This document shows positions 15,201 to 30,027 of a stretch of 64,000 bases of DNA, piece by piece. Under the pieces are notes generated by a model that did no database searches, had not been told where the DNA came from, and worked only from the letters and a program-made list of their open reading frames with translations. How positions within the stretch are numbered: the stretch's first letter is position 1; each line of letters starts with the position of its first letter. The position numbers and the translations under genes were made by a program. Source of the stretch: the human T2T-CHM13v2.0 reference genome, Homo sapiens; NCBI RefSeq assembly GCF_009914755.1, contig NC_060940.1, one strand, 5' to 3'.

Positions 15201-18200
15201 TTCCATTCGATTGCATTCGATGATTCCATTATATTCCATTCAACGATGATTCCATTCGAGTCCATTCCATGATTCCATTAGAGTACATTTAATGATTGCT
15301 TTGTTTTCAATTCGAAGATGATTACATTGGATTCCATTCTATGATACCATTCGATTCCATTCAATGATGATTCCACTCAAATCCATTGGATGATTCCATT
15401 CGTGTCCATTCGGTGATTTCATTAGATTCCATTCGAGGATGATTCCATTCGATTCCATTCGATGATTCCATTCAATTCCATTCGATGATGATTCCATTCC
15501 AGTCCATATGATCATTCCATTTGATTTCATTCGATGATGATTCCATTCGATTCCTTTCGACGATTCCATTCTATTCCATTCGATGATGATTCCATTCGAG
15601 TCCATTCGATGATTCCATTCGAGTCCATTTAATGATTCCATTGGGTTCAATTCAATGATGATTACATTGGATTCCGTTCTATGATTCCATTCAATTCCGT
15701 TCATTGACAATTTGATTCCATTCGATGATGATTCCATTTGAGTTCATTCGATGATTCTATTCGATTCTCTTCGATGGTGATTCAATTCTATTATATTGGA
15801 TGATTCCATTCGATTCCATTTGATGTTGATTCAATTCGATTCTATTCGATGATGATTCCATTGGATTTCACTTGATGATTCTATTCGATTCCATTCAATG
15901 ATGATTCACTTCTCGTCCATTGGATGATTCCATTTCATTCCATTCGATGATGATTCCATTCGATTCCATTCGATGATTCCATTTGATTCCATGCGACGGT
16001 GAGCAATTCGATTCAATTCCATGATGATTCTATTTGATTCAATTAGATGATGTTTCCATTCGAATCCATTCCATGATTATTCCATTGGAATCCATTCGGC
16101 GATGATTCCATATGAGTCAATTCAATGATGATTCCATATGGGTCCGTTCGATGATAATTCCATTTGATTTCATTCGATGCTTCTATTCTATTCCAGTCGA
16201 TGATGATTCCGTTGGAGTCCATACGATGATTCCATTTGATTTCATTTGATGATGATTCCATTCGATGATGATTACATTGGATTCCATTCTATGATTCCAT
16301 TCAATTCCATTCGTTGATGATTCGATTCCATTCAATGATGATTCCATTTGAGTTCATTCGATGATTCTATTCGATTCCGTTCGATGGTGATTCAATTCTA
16401 TTATATTGGATGATTCCACTCGATTCCATTTGATGATTATTCCATTGGAGTCCACTTAGTGAATCCTTTAGATTCTACTCGACGATGATTCCATTCGAGT
16501 CCATTCGATGATACCATTCAATTCCATTCGTTGATGCTTCCATTCAAGTGCATTCGATGATATCATTCGATTCCATTTGATGATAATTCCATTTGATTCC
16601 ATGCGATGATTCTATTCGATTCCATTCAATGATAATTCCATTCAATTCAGTGATTCCTCTGGACTCCATTTGATGATGATTCCATTCAATGATTCCATTC
16701 GATTCTATTCGAAAATGATTCCATTTGAATCCATTTGATGATGATTCCATTAGATTCCATTTGATGATTCCATTCGATTCCATTCGACGATGATTCCATT
16801 CGATTCCGTTTGATGATTCCATTCTATTCTATTCGATGATGATTCCATTCGATTCCATTCGATGATGATTGGATTCGATTCCATTTGATGATTTCATTTG
16901 ATTCCATTCGTTAATGATTTCGATCAATTCCATTCGATGATTCCATTTGATTCCATTCGATAATGATTACATCCGAGTCCATTCGATGATTCCCTTTGAG
17001 CCTGTTCGATAATTCCATTTGAGTCCAACCAATGATTCCATTCATTTCCATTCAATGATTCCATTCGAGTTCATTTGATCATTCCGGTAGGGTCCATTCG
17101 ATGTTGATTCCATTGGAGTGCATTCGATGATTCCATTCGAGTCCATTTTAGGATTTGATTCGAGTCCTTTCGATGATTCCATTCGATTCCACTCGATGAT
17201 GATTTCATTCGAGTCCATTCGACACTTCCAATCGATTCCATTTGATGATTCCATTCGAGTCCAATTGATGATTCCATTCAATTCCTTTCGATGATGATTC
17301 CGTACGATTCCATTCTGTGATGATTCCATGTGATTGCATTCAATGATGATTCCTTTCGATTGCATTCGATTATGATTCATTTCGTGTTCATTCTATGGTT
17401 CCACAGGTTTCCATTCGTGTCCATTCCATTATTCCATTCTATTCCATTTGATGATGATTCCATTCGATTCCATTCATTGGTGATTCCACTCAATTCCATT
17501 CAATGATTCCATTCCATTTCTTTCAACAATGATTCCATTAGTTTCTAATCGATGATCCACTTGATTCCATTTGACGACGATTCCATTCTTGTCCATTCGA
17601 TGATTCCATTTGATTCCATATGATGATGATTCCATTCGATTCCATACCATGATGATTCCATTCGAGTCCATTCAATGGTGATTCCATTCAATTCCATTCG
17701 ATGATTCCTTTCGATTCCATTCAATGATGATGGCATTCGATTCCTTTCAATCATTCCCTTTGATTCCATTCAAAGGTGATTTCATTCAAGTCCATTCGAT
17801 AATTGCATTCGATTCCATTCTATGATGATTCCATTCGAGTCCATTTGATGATTCCATTCAATTCAAGTCAATGATGATTCCATTCGATTCCATTCGATGA
17901 TTCCATTGGATTCCATTCGATGATGATTCCATTCAAATCCATTCGATAATTCAATTCAAGTCCATTCGATGATGATTCCAATCGAATCCATTCAAAGATT
18001 CCATTCAGTTCCATTCGATGATTCCCTTAGATTCCATTCGATGATTCCACTTGATTGCATTTACGATGATTCCATTCGATTCCATGTGATGATTCCATTC
18101 AATTCTATTCAATGATGTCTCCATTTGATTCCATTCGACCATGATTGCCTTTGATTCCATTCAATGATTCCATTCGGTTCCGTTTGATGATGATTCCGTT

Positions 18201-18346
18201 CGATTCCATTTGATGATTCCATTTGATTCCATTGGATGAGTCCATTCGATTACATTCGATGATTATTCCATTCGAGTGCATTAGATGATTCCATTCGAGT
18301 CCATTCGATGATTCCATTCGATTCCATTCGATGTTGATTCTGTTCA
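12235..18346 (+). repeat. Higher-order unit 3 (6112 bp)
   Basis: Constant offset 12234 to unit 1 anchors (12360, 13350, 15339, 16544, 18105). Confidence 0.95.
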
Positions 18347-21300
18347 AATCCATTCGATGATTCCACTCGATTCCATTCGTTGACTCCATTTGATCCCATT
18401 CGATGATTTCCTTTGATTCCCTTTGATGATCATTCCATTTGATTCAATTCGGTGATTTCATTTGATTCCATTCAGTGATGTTTCCATTCGACTCCATTCG
18501 ATGATGATTCCATTCGACTCCATTCGATTATGATTTCATTCAATTCCATTCGATAATGATTCCCTTCGAGTCCATTCGATGATTCCATTCGATTCCATTC
18601 AACGATGATTTGATTCGTGTCCATTCGATGATTCCATTTGATTCCACTTGATGATGATTCCATTCGAGTCCATTTGATGATTCCATTCAATTCCATACTC
18701 CGATGATTTCTTTTGAGCCCACTCAATGCTTCCACTCGATTCCATATGATGATGACTCCATTCGATGAAATTCGATGATGATTCCATTCGCTTGCTTTCG
18801 ATGATGATTCCACTTGAGTCCGTTAGAAGATTCTATTCAATTACATTCCATGACGATTCCGTTCGAGTCCATTTGATGATTCCATTAGACTCCATTCGAC
18901 GATGATTCCATTCGATGTTATTCCATGATTCCATTCGATCTCATTCGATGATGATTCCATTCAACTCCATTCGATGTTTCCATTCGAGTTCATTCTATTA
19001 TTCCATTAGATTCCATTCGATGATGATTCCATTCGATTCCATTTGATGATTGCATTCTATTTCATTTGATGATGATTCCATTCGAGTCCACTCGATGATT
19101 CCATTCGAGTCCATTTAATGAATCCATTGGTTTCAATTCTATGATGATTACATTGGATTCCATTCGTTGATGATTTCATTCGGTTCCATTCAATGATGAT
19201 TCCATTCAATTCCTTTCAATGTTTCCATTCAATTCCATACGATGATGATTCCATTTGATTTGATTCGACAGTGAGCCATTCGATTCAATTCCATGATGAT
19301 TCTATTTGATTCAATTGGTTGACATTTCCATTCGATTCCATTCGATGATGATTCCCTTTGATTCCGTTCCAAGATGATTCCATTCTAGCCCATTCAATCA
19401 TTCCATTCGATTCTATTCAATGATGATTCCATTCATGTCGATTTGGTGATTCCATTTGACTTCATTTGATGATGATTCCTTTCAAGTTCATTAGATGATT
19501 CCATTCGATTCCATTTGATGATGATCCCATTCGAGTCCATTCAGTGATTCCATTCGTTTCCATTCCATGATGATTCCATTCCTTTCCATTCAATGATTCC
19601 ATTCGATTCCGTTTGATGATGATTTCATTCGAGTCCATTTGATGATTCCATTTGATTCCATTCGATGATGATTCCATTCGAGTCCATTCGATGATTCTAT
19701 TCGAATCCATTTGATGATTTCTTTTGATTATATTTGGTGATGATTCCATTGGAGTCCATTCAATGATTCCATTCTATTCCAATCGATGATGATTCCATTA
19801 GAGTCCATTTAATGATTCCATTTGATTCCAGTCTCTGATGATTACATTCGAGTCCATACGATGATTCCACTCAATTCCATATGATGATGATTCCATTTGA
19901 TTCCATTCGGTGATTCCATTCTATTCTATTCAATGGTGATTCCATTCGAGTACATTAGATGATTCCATTCGATTCCATTCAATGATGATTCTATTTGTGT
20001 CCCTTAGATGATTCCACATGATTCCATTAGATGATGATACTATTTGAGCCCATCCAATGATTCCCTTCGATTCCATTCGATGAGGATTCCATTCGATTCA
20101 ATTCATTGGTGATTCTATTCAATTCAATTCTTTGATTCCATTCCATTCCATTCGACAATGATTCCATTCGATTACTTTCGATGATTCCACTCGATTCCAC
20201 TTGACATTGATTCCATTCGATTCCATTCAATGATTCCATTTGATTCCAGTGGATGATGATTGCCATCGATTCCATTCGATCACTCCATTCTATTCCATTT
20301 GATGATGATTACATTCGATTCCATTTGATGATTCCATCTGATTCTATTCGAGGATTCCATTTGATTCCATTCGATGATGATTCCATTCGAGTGCATTCGA
20401 TGATTTCATTCGAGTACATCCAATGATTCCATTCGAGTCCATTAGATGATTCCATTTGATTCCATTTGAAAATGATTCTACTAGAGTCCATTCAATGACT
20501 CCATTCGAGTCCATTCAACAATTCCATTCGACTCCATTCGATGATTCCATTCGATTCCATTTGATGGTACCATTCGAGTCCATTTAATCATTACAGTCGA
20601 GTCCATTTGGTGATTCCACTGGATTTCTTTTGATAATGATACCGTTCAATTACATTTGATGATGATCCCATTCAACTTCATTTGATGATGATTCCATTAG
20701 AGTCCATTCGATGATTTCATTCGAGTCCCTTCATTGATTCCATCCGATTTCATTGGATGATGACTCCATTCGAGTCCATTCGATGATTCCACTCGATTCC
20801 ATTAGATGACTCCATTGGAGTCCATTTGATTGTTCCATTCGATTCCATTCGATTCCTTTCGAAGATTATTCCATTTGAGTCCATTCGATGATGATTCCAT
20901 TCCATTCCATTCGATGATTCCGTTTGATTCCATTCGATGATTCCCTTCGATTCCTTTCTTTGATGATTCCATTCCATTCCATTCAATGATTCCATTCGAA
21001 TCTATTCCATGATGATTCCTTTCGATTCCATTCGCTGATGTTTCCGTTCAATTCCATTCGATGATGATTCCATTCGATTCCATTCATTGAGGATTCCATT
21101 TGATTCCATTCAATGATGATTCCATTCTATTCCATTCAATGATTGCATTCAATTCCATTCAATGATTATCCCATTAGAGTAAACTCAACGATTCCATTCA
21201 ATACCATTCGATGATGATTCCTTTTGAGTCCATTCAATGATTTCATTCAAGTCCATTTGATGATTCCTTTCAATTCCATTCTATGATGATTCCATTCGAG

Positions 21301-24300
21301 TCCATTCGATGATTCCATTCGATTGCATTCGATGATTCCATTATATTCCATTCAACGGTGATTCCATTCGAGTCCATTCCATGATTCCATTAGAGTACAT
21401 TTAATGATTGCTTTGTTTTCAATTCGAAGATGATTACATTGGATTCCATTCTATGATACCATTCGATTCCATTCAATGATGATTCCACTCAAATCCATTG
21501 GATGATTCCATTCGTGTCCATTCGGTGATTTCATTAGATTCCATTCGAGGATGATTCCATTCGATTCCATTCGATGATTCCATTCAATTCCATTCGATGA
21601 TGATTCCATTCCAGTCCATATGATCATTCCATTTGATTTCATTCGATGATGATTCCATTCGATTCCTTTCGACGATTCCATTCTATTCCATTCGATGATG
21701 ATTCCATTCGAGTCCATTCGATGATTCCATTCGAGTCCATTTAATGATTCCATTGGGTTCAATTCAATTATGATTACATTGGATTCCGTTCTATGATTCC
21801 ATTCAATTCCGTTCATTGACAATTTGATTCCATTCGATGATGATTCCATTTGAGTTCATTCGATGATTCTATTCGATTCTCTTCGATGGTGATTCAATTC
21901 TATTATATTGGATGATTCCACTCGATTCCATTTGATGATTATTCCATTGGAGTCCACTTAGTGAATCCTTTAGATTCTACTCGACGATGATTCCATTCGA
22001 GTCCATTCGATGATACCATTCAATTCCATTCGTTGATGCTTCCATTCAAGTGCATTCGATGATATCATTCGATTCCATTTGATGATAATTCCATTTGATT
22101 CCATGCGATGATTCTATTCGATTCCATTCAATGATAATTCCATTCAATTCAGTGATTCCTCTGGACTCCATTTGATGATGATTCCATTCAATGATTCCAT
22201 TCGATTCTATTCGAAAATGATTCCATTTGAACCCATTTGATGATGATTCCATTAGATTCCATTTGATGATTCCATTCGATTCCATTCGACGATGATTCCA
22301 TTCGATTCCGTTTGATGATTCCATTCTATTCTATTCGACGATGATTCCATTCGATTCCATTTGATGTTGATTCAATTCGATTCTATTCGATGATGATTCC
22401 ATTGGATTTCACTTGATGATTCTATTCGATTCCATTCAATGATGATTCACTTCTCGTCCATTGGATGATTCCATTTCATTCCATTCGATGATGATTCCAT
22501 TCGATTCCATTCGATGATTCCATTTGATTCCATGCGACGGTGAGCAATTCGATTCAATTCCATGATGATTCTATTTGATTCAATTAGATGATGTTTCCAT
22601 TCGAATCCATTCCATGATTATTCCATTGGAATCCATTCGGCGATGATTCCATATGAGTCAATTCAATGATGATTCCATATGGGTCCGTTCGATGATAATT
22701 CCATTTGATTTCATTCGATGCTTCTATTCTATTCCAGTCGATGATGATTCCATTGGAGTCCATACGATGATTCCATTTGATTTCATTTGATGATGATTCC
22801 ATTCGATGCTGATTACATTGGATTCCATTCTATGATTCCATTCAATTCCATTCGTTGATGATTCGATTCCATTCAATGATGATTCCATTTGAGTTCATTC
22901 GATGATTCTATTCGTTTCCGTTCGATGGTGACTCAATTCTATTATACTGGATGATTCCAGTCGATTCCATTTGATGATTATTCCATTGGAGTCCACTTAG
23001 TGAATCCTTTAGATTCTACTCGACGATGATTCCATTCGAGTCCATTCGATGATACCATTCAATTCCATTCGTTGATGCTTCCATTCAAGTGCATTCGATG
23101 ATATCATTCGATTCCATTTGATGATAATTCCATTTGATTCCATGCGATGATTCTATTCGATTCCATTCAATGATAATTCCATTCAATTCAGTGATTCCTC
23201 TGGACTCCATTTGATGATGATTCCATTCAATGATTCCATTCGATTCTATTCGAAAATGATTCCATTTGAATCCATTTGATGATGATTCCATTAGATTCCA
23301 TTTGATGATTCCATTCGATTCCATTCGACGATGATTCCATTCGATTCCGTTTGATGATTCCATTCTATTCTATTCGATGATGATTCCATTCGATTCCATT
23401 CGATGATGATTGGATTCGATTCCATTGGATGATTTCATTTGATTCTATTCGTTAATGATTTCGATCAATTCCATTCGATTATTCCATTCGATTCCATTCG
23501 ATAATGATTACATCCGAGTTCATTCGATGATTCCATTGGAGCCCGTTCGATAATTCCATTTGAGTCCAACCAATGATTCCATTCATTTCCATTCAATGAT
23601 TCCATTCGAGTCCATTTGATCATTCCGGTAGGGTCCATTCGATGTTGATTCCATTGGAGTGCATTCGATGATTCCATTCGAGTCCATTTTAGGATTTGAT
23701 TCGAGTCCTTTCGATGATTCCATTCGATTCCACTCGATGATGATTTCATTCGAGTCCATTCGACACTTCCAATCGATTCCATTTGATGATTCCATTCGAG
23801 TCCAATTGATGATTCCATTCAATTCCATTCGATGATGATTCCGTACGATTCCATTCTGTGATGATTCCATGTGATTGCATTCAATGATGATTCCTTTCGA
23901 TTGCATTCGATTATGATTCATTTCGTGTTCATTCTATGGTTCCACAGGTTTCCATTCGTGTCCATTCCATTATTCCATTCTATTCCATTTGATGATGATT
24001 CCATTCGATTCCATTCATTGGTGATTCCACTCAATTCCATTCAATGATTCCATTCCATTTCTTTCAACAATGATTCCATTAGTTTCTAATCGATGATCCA
24101 CTTGATTCCATTTGACGACGATTCCATTCTTGTCCGTTCGATGATTCCATTTGATTCCATATGATGATGATTCCATTCGATCCCATACCATGATGATTCC
24201 ATTCGAGTCCATTCAATGGTGATTCCATTCAATTCCATTCGATGATTCCTTTCGATTCCATTCGATGATGATGGCATTCGATTCCTTTCAATCATTCCCT

Positions 24301-24887
24301 TTGATTCCATTCAAAGGTGATTTCATTCAAGTCCATTCGATAATTGCATTCGATTCCATTCTATGATGATTCCATTCGAGTCCATTTGATGATTCCATTC
24401 AATTCAAGTCAATGATGATTCCATTCGATTCCATTCGATGATTCCATTGGATTCCATTCGATGATGATTCCATTCAAATCCATTCGATAATTCAATTCAA
24501 GTCCATTCGATGATGATTCCAATCGAATCCATTCAAAGATTCCATTCAGTTCCATTCGATGATTCCCTTAGATTCCATTCGATGATTCCACTTGATTCCA
24601 TTTACGATGATTCCATTCGATTCCATGTGATGATTCCATTCAATTCTATTCAATGATGTCTCCATTTGATTCCATTCGACCATGATTGCCTTTGATTCCA
24701 TTCAATGATTCCATTCGGTTCCGTTTGATGATGATTCCGTTCGATTCCATTTGATGATTCCATTTGATTCCATTGGATGAGTCCATTCGATTACATTCGA
24801 TGATTATTCCATTCGAGTGCATTAGATGATTCCATTCGAGTCCATTCGATGATTCCATTCGATTCCATTCGATGTTGATTCTGTTCA
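18347..24887 (+). repeat. Higher-order unit 4 (6541 bp; contains a 429-bp internal insertion)
   Basis: Offset 18346 up to ORF 21451, then 18775 from ORF 22584. The 92-aa ORF segment occurs twice (22046 and 23085). Confidence 0.93.
21921..22349 (+). repeat. 429-bp inserted copy of unit segment ~4185-4613, lying 1039 bp upstream of its normal copy
   Basis: Landmarks GGAGTCCACTTAGTGAATCC, CAAGTGCATTCGATGATATC and CCTCTGGACTCC appear here and again at ~22990-23210. The normal order resumes at 22350 with TTCGATTCCATTTGATGTTGATTCAATTCG. Breakpoints are ambiguous within homology. Confidence 0.9.
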
Positions 24888-27800
24888 AATCCATTCGATG
24901 ATTCCACTCGATTCCATTCGTTGACTCCATTTGATCCCATTCGATGATTTCCTTTGATTCCCTTTGATGATCATTCCATTTGATTCAATTCGGTGATTTC
25001 ATTTGATTCCATTCAGTGATGTTTCCATTCGACTCCATTCGATGATGATTCCATTCGACTCCATTCGATTATGATTTCATTCAATTCCATTCGATAATGA
25101 TTCCCTTCGAGTCCATTCGATGATTCCATTCGATTCCATTCAACGATGATTTGATTCGTGTCCATTCGATGATTCCATTTGATTCCACTTGATGATGATT
25201 CCATTCGAGTCCATTTGATGATTCCATTCAATTCCATACTCCGATGATTTCTTTTGAGCCCACTCAATGCTTCCACTCGATTCCATATGATGATGACTCC
25301 ATTCGATGAAATTCGATGATGATTCCATTCGCTTGCTTTCGATGATGATTCCACTTGAGTCCGTTAGAAGATTCTATTCAATTACATTCCATGACGATTC
25401 CGTTCGAGTCCATTTGATGATTCCATTAGACTCCATTCGACGATGATTCCATTCGATGTTATTCCATGATTCCATTCGATCTCATTCGATGATGATTCCA
25501 TTCAACTCCATTCGATGTTTCCATTCGAGTTCATTCTATTATTCCATTAGATTCCATTCGATGATGATTCCATTCGATTCCATTTGATGATTGCATTCTA
25601 TTTCATTTGATGATGATTCCATTCGAGTCCACTCGATGATTCCATTCGAGTCCATTTAATGAATCCATTGGTTTCAATTCTATGATGATTACATTGGATT
25701 CCATTCGTTGATGATTTCATTCGGTTCCATTCAATGATGATTCCATTCAATTCCTTTCAATGTTTCCATTCAATTCCATACGATGATGATTCCATTTGAT
25801 TTGATTCGACAGTGAGCCATTCGATTCAATTCCATGATGATTCTATTTGATTCAATTGGTTGACATTTCCATTCGATTCCATTCGATGATGATTCCCTTT
25901 GATTCCGTTCCAAGATGATTCCATTCTAGCCCATTCAATCATTCCATTCGATTCTATTCAATGATGATTCCATTCATGTCGATTTGGTGATTCCATTTGA
26001 CTTCATTTGATGATGATTCCTTTCAAGTTCATTAGATGATTCCATTCGATTCCATTTGATGATGATCCCATTCGAGTCCATTCAGTGATTCCATTCGTTT
26101 CCATTCCATGATGATTCCATTCCTTTCCATTCAATGATTCCATTCGATTCCGTTTGATGATGATTTCATTCGAGTCCATTTGATGATTCCATTTGATTCC
26201 ATTCGATGATGATTCCATTCGAGTCCATTCGATGATTCTATTCGAATCCATTTGATGATTTCTTTTGATTATATTTGGTGATGATTCCATTGGAGTCCAT
26301 TCAATGATTCCATCCGATTTCATTTGATGATGACTCCATTGGAGTCCATTCGATGATTCCACTCGATTCCATTAGATGATTCCATTGGAGTCCATTTGAT
26401 TGTTCCATTCGATTCCATTCGATTCCTTTCGAAGATTATTCCATTTGAGTCCATTCGATGATGATTCCATTCCATTCCATTCGATGATTCCGTTTGATTC
26501 CATTCGATGATTCCCTTCGTTTCTTTCTTTGATGATTTCATTCCATTCCATTCAATGATTCCATTCGAATCTATTCCATGATGATTCCTTTCGATTCCAT
26601 TCGCTGATGTTTCCGTTCAATTCCATTCGATGATGATTCCATTCGATTCCATTCATTGAGGATTCCATTTGATTCCATTCAATGATGATTCCATTCTATT
26701 CCATTCAATGATTGCATTCAATTCCATTCAATGATTATCCCATTAGAGTAAACTCAACGATTCCATTCAATACCATTCGATGATGACTCCTTTTGAGTCC
26801 ATTCAATGATTTCATTCAAGTCCATTTGATGATTCCTTTCAATTCCATTCTATGATGATTCCATTCGAGTCCATTCGATGATTCCATTCGATTGCATTCG
26901 ATGATTCCATTATATTCCATTCAACGGTGATTCCATTCGAGTCCATTCCATGATTCCATTAGAGTTCATTTAATGATTGCTTTGTTTTCAATTCGAAGAT
27001 GATTACATTGGATTCCATTCTATGATACCATTCGATTCCATTCAATGATGATTCCACTCAAATCCATTGGATGATTCCATTCGTGTCCATTCGGTGATTT
27101 CATTAGATTCCATTCGAGGATGATTCCATTCGATTCCATTCGATGATTCCATTCAATTCCATTCGATGATGATTCCATTCCAGTCCATATGATCATTCCA
27201 TTTGATTTCATTCGATGATGATTCCATTCGATTCCATTCGATGATTCCATTCTATTCCATTCGATGATGATTCCATTCGAGTCCATTCGATGATTCCATT
27301 CGAGTCCATTTAATGATTCCATTGGGTTCAATTCAATGATGATTACATTGGATTCCGTTCTATGATTCCATTCAATTCCATTCATTGACAATTTGATTCC
27401 ATTCGATGATGATTCCATTTGAGTTCATTCGATGATTCTATTCGATTCTCTTCGATGGTGATTCAATTCTATTATATTGGATGATTCCATTCGATTCCAT
27501 TTGATGTTGATTCAATTCGATTCTATTCGATGATGATTCCATTGGATTTCACTTGATGATTCTATTCGATTCCATTCAATGATGATTCACTTCTCGTCCA
27601 TTGGATGATTCCATTTCATTCCATTCGATGATGATTCCATTCGATTCCATTCGATGATTCCATTTGATTCCATGCGACGGTGAGCAATTCGATTCAATTC
27701 CATGATGATTCTATTTGATTCAATTAGATGATGTTTCCATTCGAATCCATTCCATGATTATTCCATTGGAATCCATTCGGCGATGATTCCATATGAGTCA

Positions 27801-30027
27801 ATTCAATGATGATTCCATATGGGTCCGTTCGATGATAATTCCATTTGATTTCATTCGATGCTTCTATTCTATTCCAGTCGATGATGATTCCATTGGAGTC
27901 CATACGATGATTCCATTTGATTTCATTTGATGATGATTCCATTCGATGATGATTACATTGGATTCCATTCTATGATTCCATTCAATTCCATTCGTTGATG
28001 ATTCGATTCCATTCAATGATGATTCCATTTGAGTTCATTCGATGATTCTATTCGATTCCGTTCGATGGTGACTCAATTCTATTATACTGGATGATTCCAG
28101 TCGATTCCATTTGATGATTATTCCATTGGAGTCCACTTAGTGAATCCTTTAGATTCTACTCGACGATGATTCCATTCGAGTCCATTCGATGATACCATTC
28201 AATTCCATTCGTTGATGCTTCCATTCAAGTGCATTCGATGATATCATTCGATTCCATTTGATGATAATTCCATTTGATTCCATGCGATGATTCTATTCGA
28301 TTCCATTCAATGATAATTCCATTCAATTCAGTGATTCCTCTGGACTCCATTTGATGATGATTCCATTCAATGATTCCATTCGATTCTATTCGAAAATGAT
28401 TCCATTTGAATCCATTTGATGATGATTCCATTAGATTCCATTTGATGATTCCATTCGATTCCATTCGACGATGATTCCATTCGATTCCGTTTGATGATTC
28501 CATTCTATTCTATTCGATGATGATTCCATTCGATTCCATTCGATGATGATTGGATTCGATTCCATTTGATGATTTCATTTGATTCCATTCGTTAATGATT
28601 TCGATCAATTCCATTCGATGATTCCATTCGATTCCATTCGATAATGATTACATCCGAGTCCATTCGATGATTCCATTGGAGCCCGTTCGATAATTCCATT
28701 TGAGTCCAACCAATGATTCCATTCATTTCCATTCAATGATTCCATTCGAGTCCATTTGATCATTCCGGTAGGGTCCATTCGATGTTGATTCCATTGGAGT
28801 GCATTCGATGATTCCATTCGAGTCCATTTTAGGATTTGATTCGAGTCCTTTCGATGATTCCATTCGATTCCACTCGATGATGATTTCATTCGAGTCCATT
28901 CGACACTTCCAATCGATTCCATTTGATGATTCCATTCGAGTCCAATTGATGATTCCATTCAATTCCATTCGATGATGATTCCGTACGATTCCATTCTGTG
29001 ATGATTCCATGTGATTGCATTCAATGATGATTCCTTTCGATTGCATTCGATTATGATTCATTTCGTGTTCATTCTATGGTTCCACAGGTTTCCATTCGTG
29101 TCCATTCCATTATTCCATTCTATTCCATTTGATGATGATTCCATTCGATTCCATTCATTGGTGATTCCACTCAATTCCATTCAATGATTCCATTCCATTT
29201 CTTTCAACAATGATTCCATTAGTTTCTAATCGATGATCCACTTGATTCCATTTGACGACGATTCCATTCTTGTCCGTTCGATGATTCCATTTGATTCCAT
29301 ATGATGATGATTCCATTCGATCCCATACCATGATGATTCCATTCGAGTCCATTCAATGGTGATTCCATTCAATTCCATTCGATGATTCCTTTCGATTCCA
29401 TTCGATGATGATGGCATTCGATTCCTTTCAATCATTCCCTTTGATTCCATTCAAAGGTGATTTCATTCAAGTCCATTCGATAATTGCATTCGATTCCATT
29501 CTATGATGATTCCATTCGAGTCCATTTGATGATTCCATTCAATTCAAGTCAATGATGATTCCATTCGATTCCATTCGATGATTCCATTGGATTCCATTCG
29601 ATGATGATTCCATTCAAATCCATTCGATAATTCAATTCAAGTCCATTCGATGATGATTCCAATCGAATCCATTCAAAGATTCCATTCAGTTCCATTCGAT
29701 GATTCCCTTAGATTCCATTCGATGATTCCACTTGATTCCATTTACGATGATTCCATTCGATTCCATGTGATGATTCCATTCAATTCTATTCAATGATGTC
29801 TCCATTTGATTCCATTCGACCATGATTGCCTTTGATTCCATTCAATGATTCCATTCGGTTCCGTTTGATGATGATTCCGTTCGATTCCATTTGATGATTC
29901 CATTTGATTCCATTGGATGAGTCCATTCGATTACATTCGATGATTATTCCATTCGAGTGCATTAGATGATTCCATTCGAGTCCATTCGATGATTCCATTC
30001 GATTCCATTCGATGTTGATTCTGTTCA
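24888..30027 (+). repeat. Higher-order unit 5 (5140 bp; 971-bp deletion at ~26313/26314 plus a 1-bp loss near 26520)
   Basis: Offset falls from 24887 (ORF 26003) to 23916 (26320) and then 23915 (27020). The junction reads TCAATGATTCCAT|CCGATTTC. Confidence 0.93.

Noticed and set aside
21921-22349. 429-bp insertion as a mobile element
   Set aside because: It is entirely satellite sequence from the same unit. It has no poly(A) or terminal repeats, and the flanking similarity is monomer homology rather than a target-site duplication.
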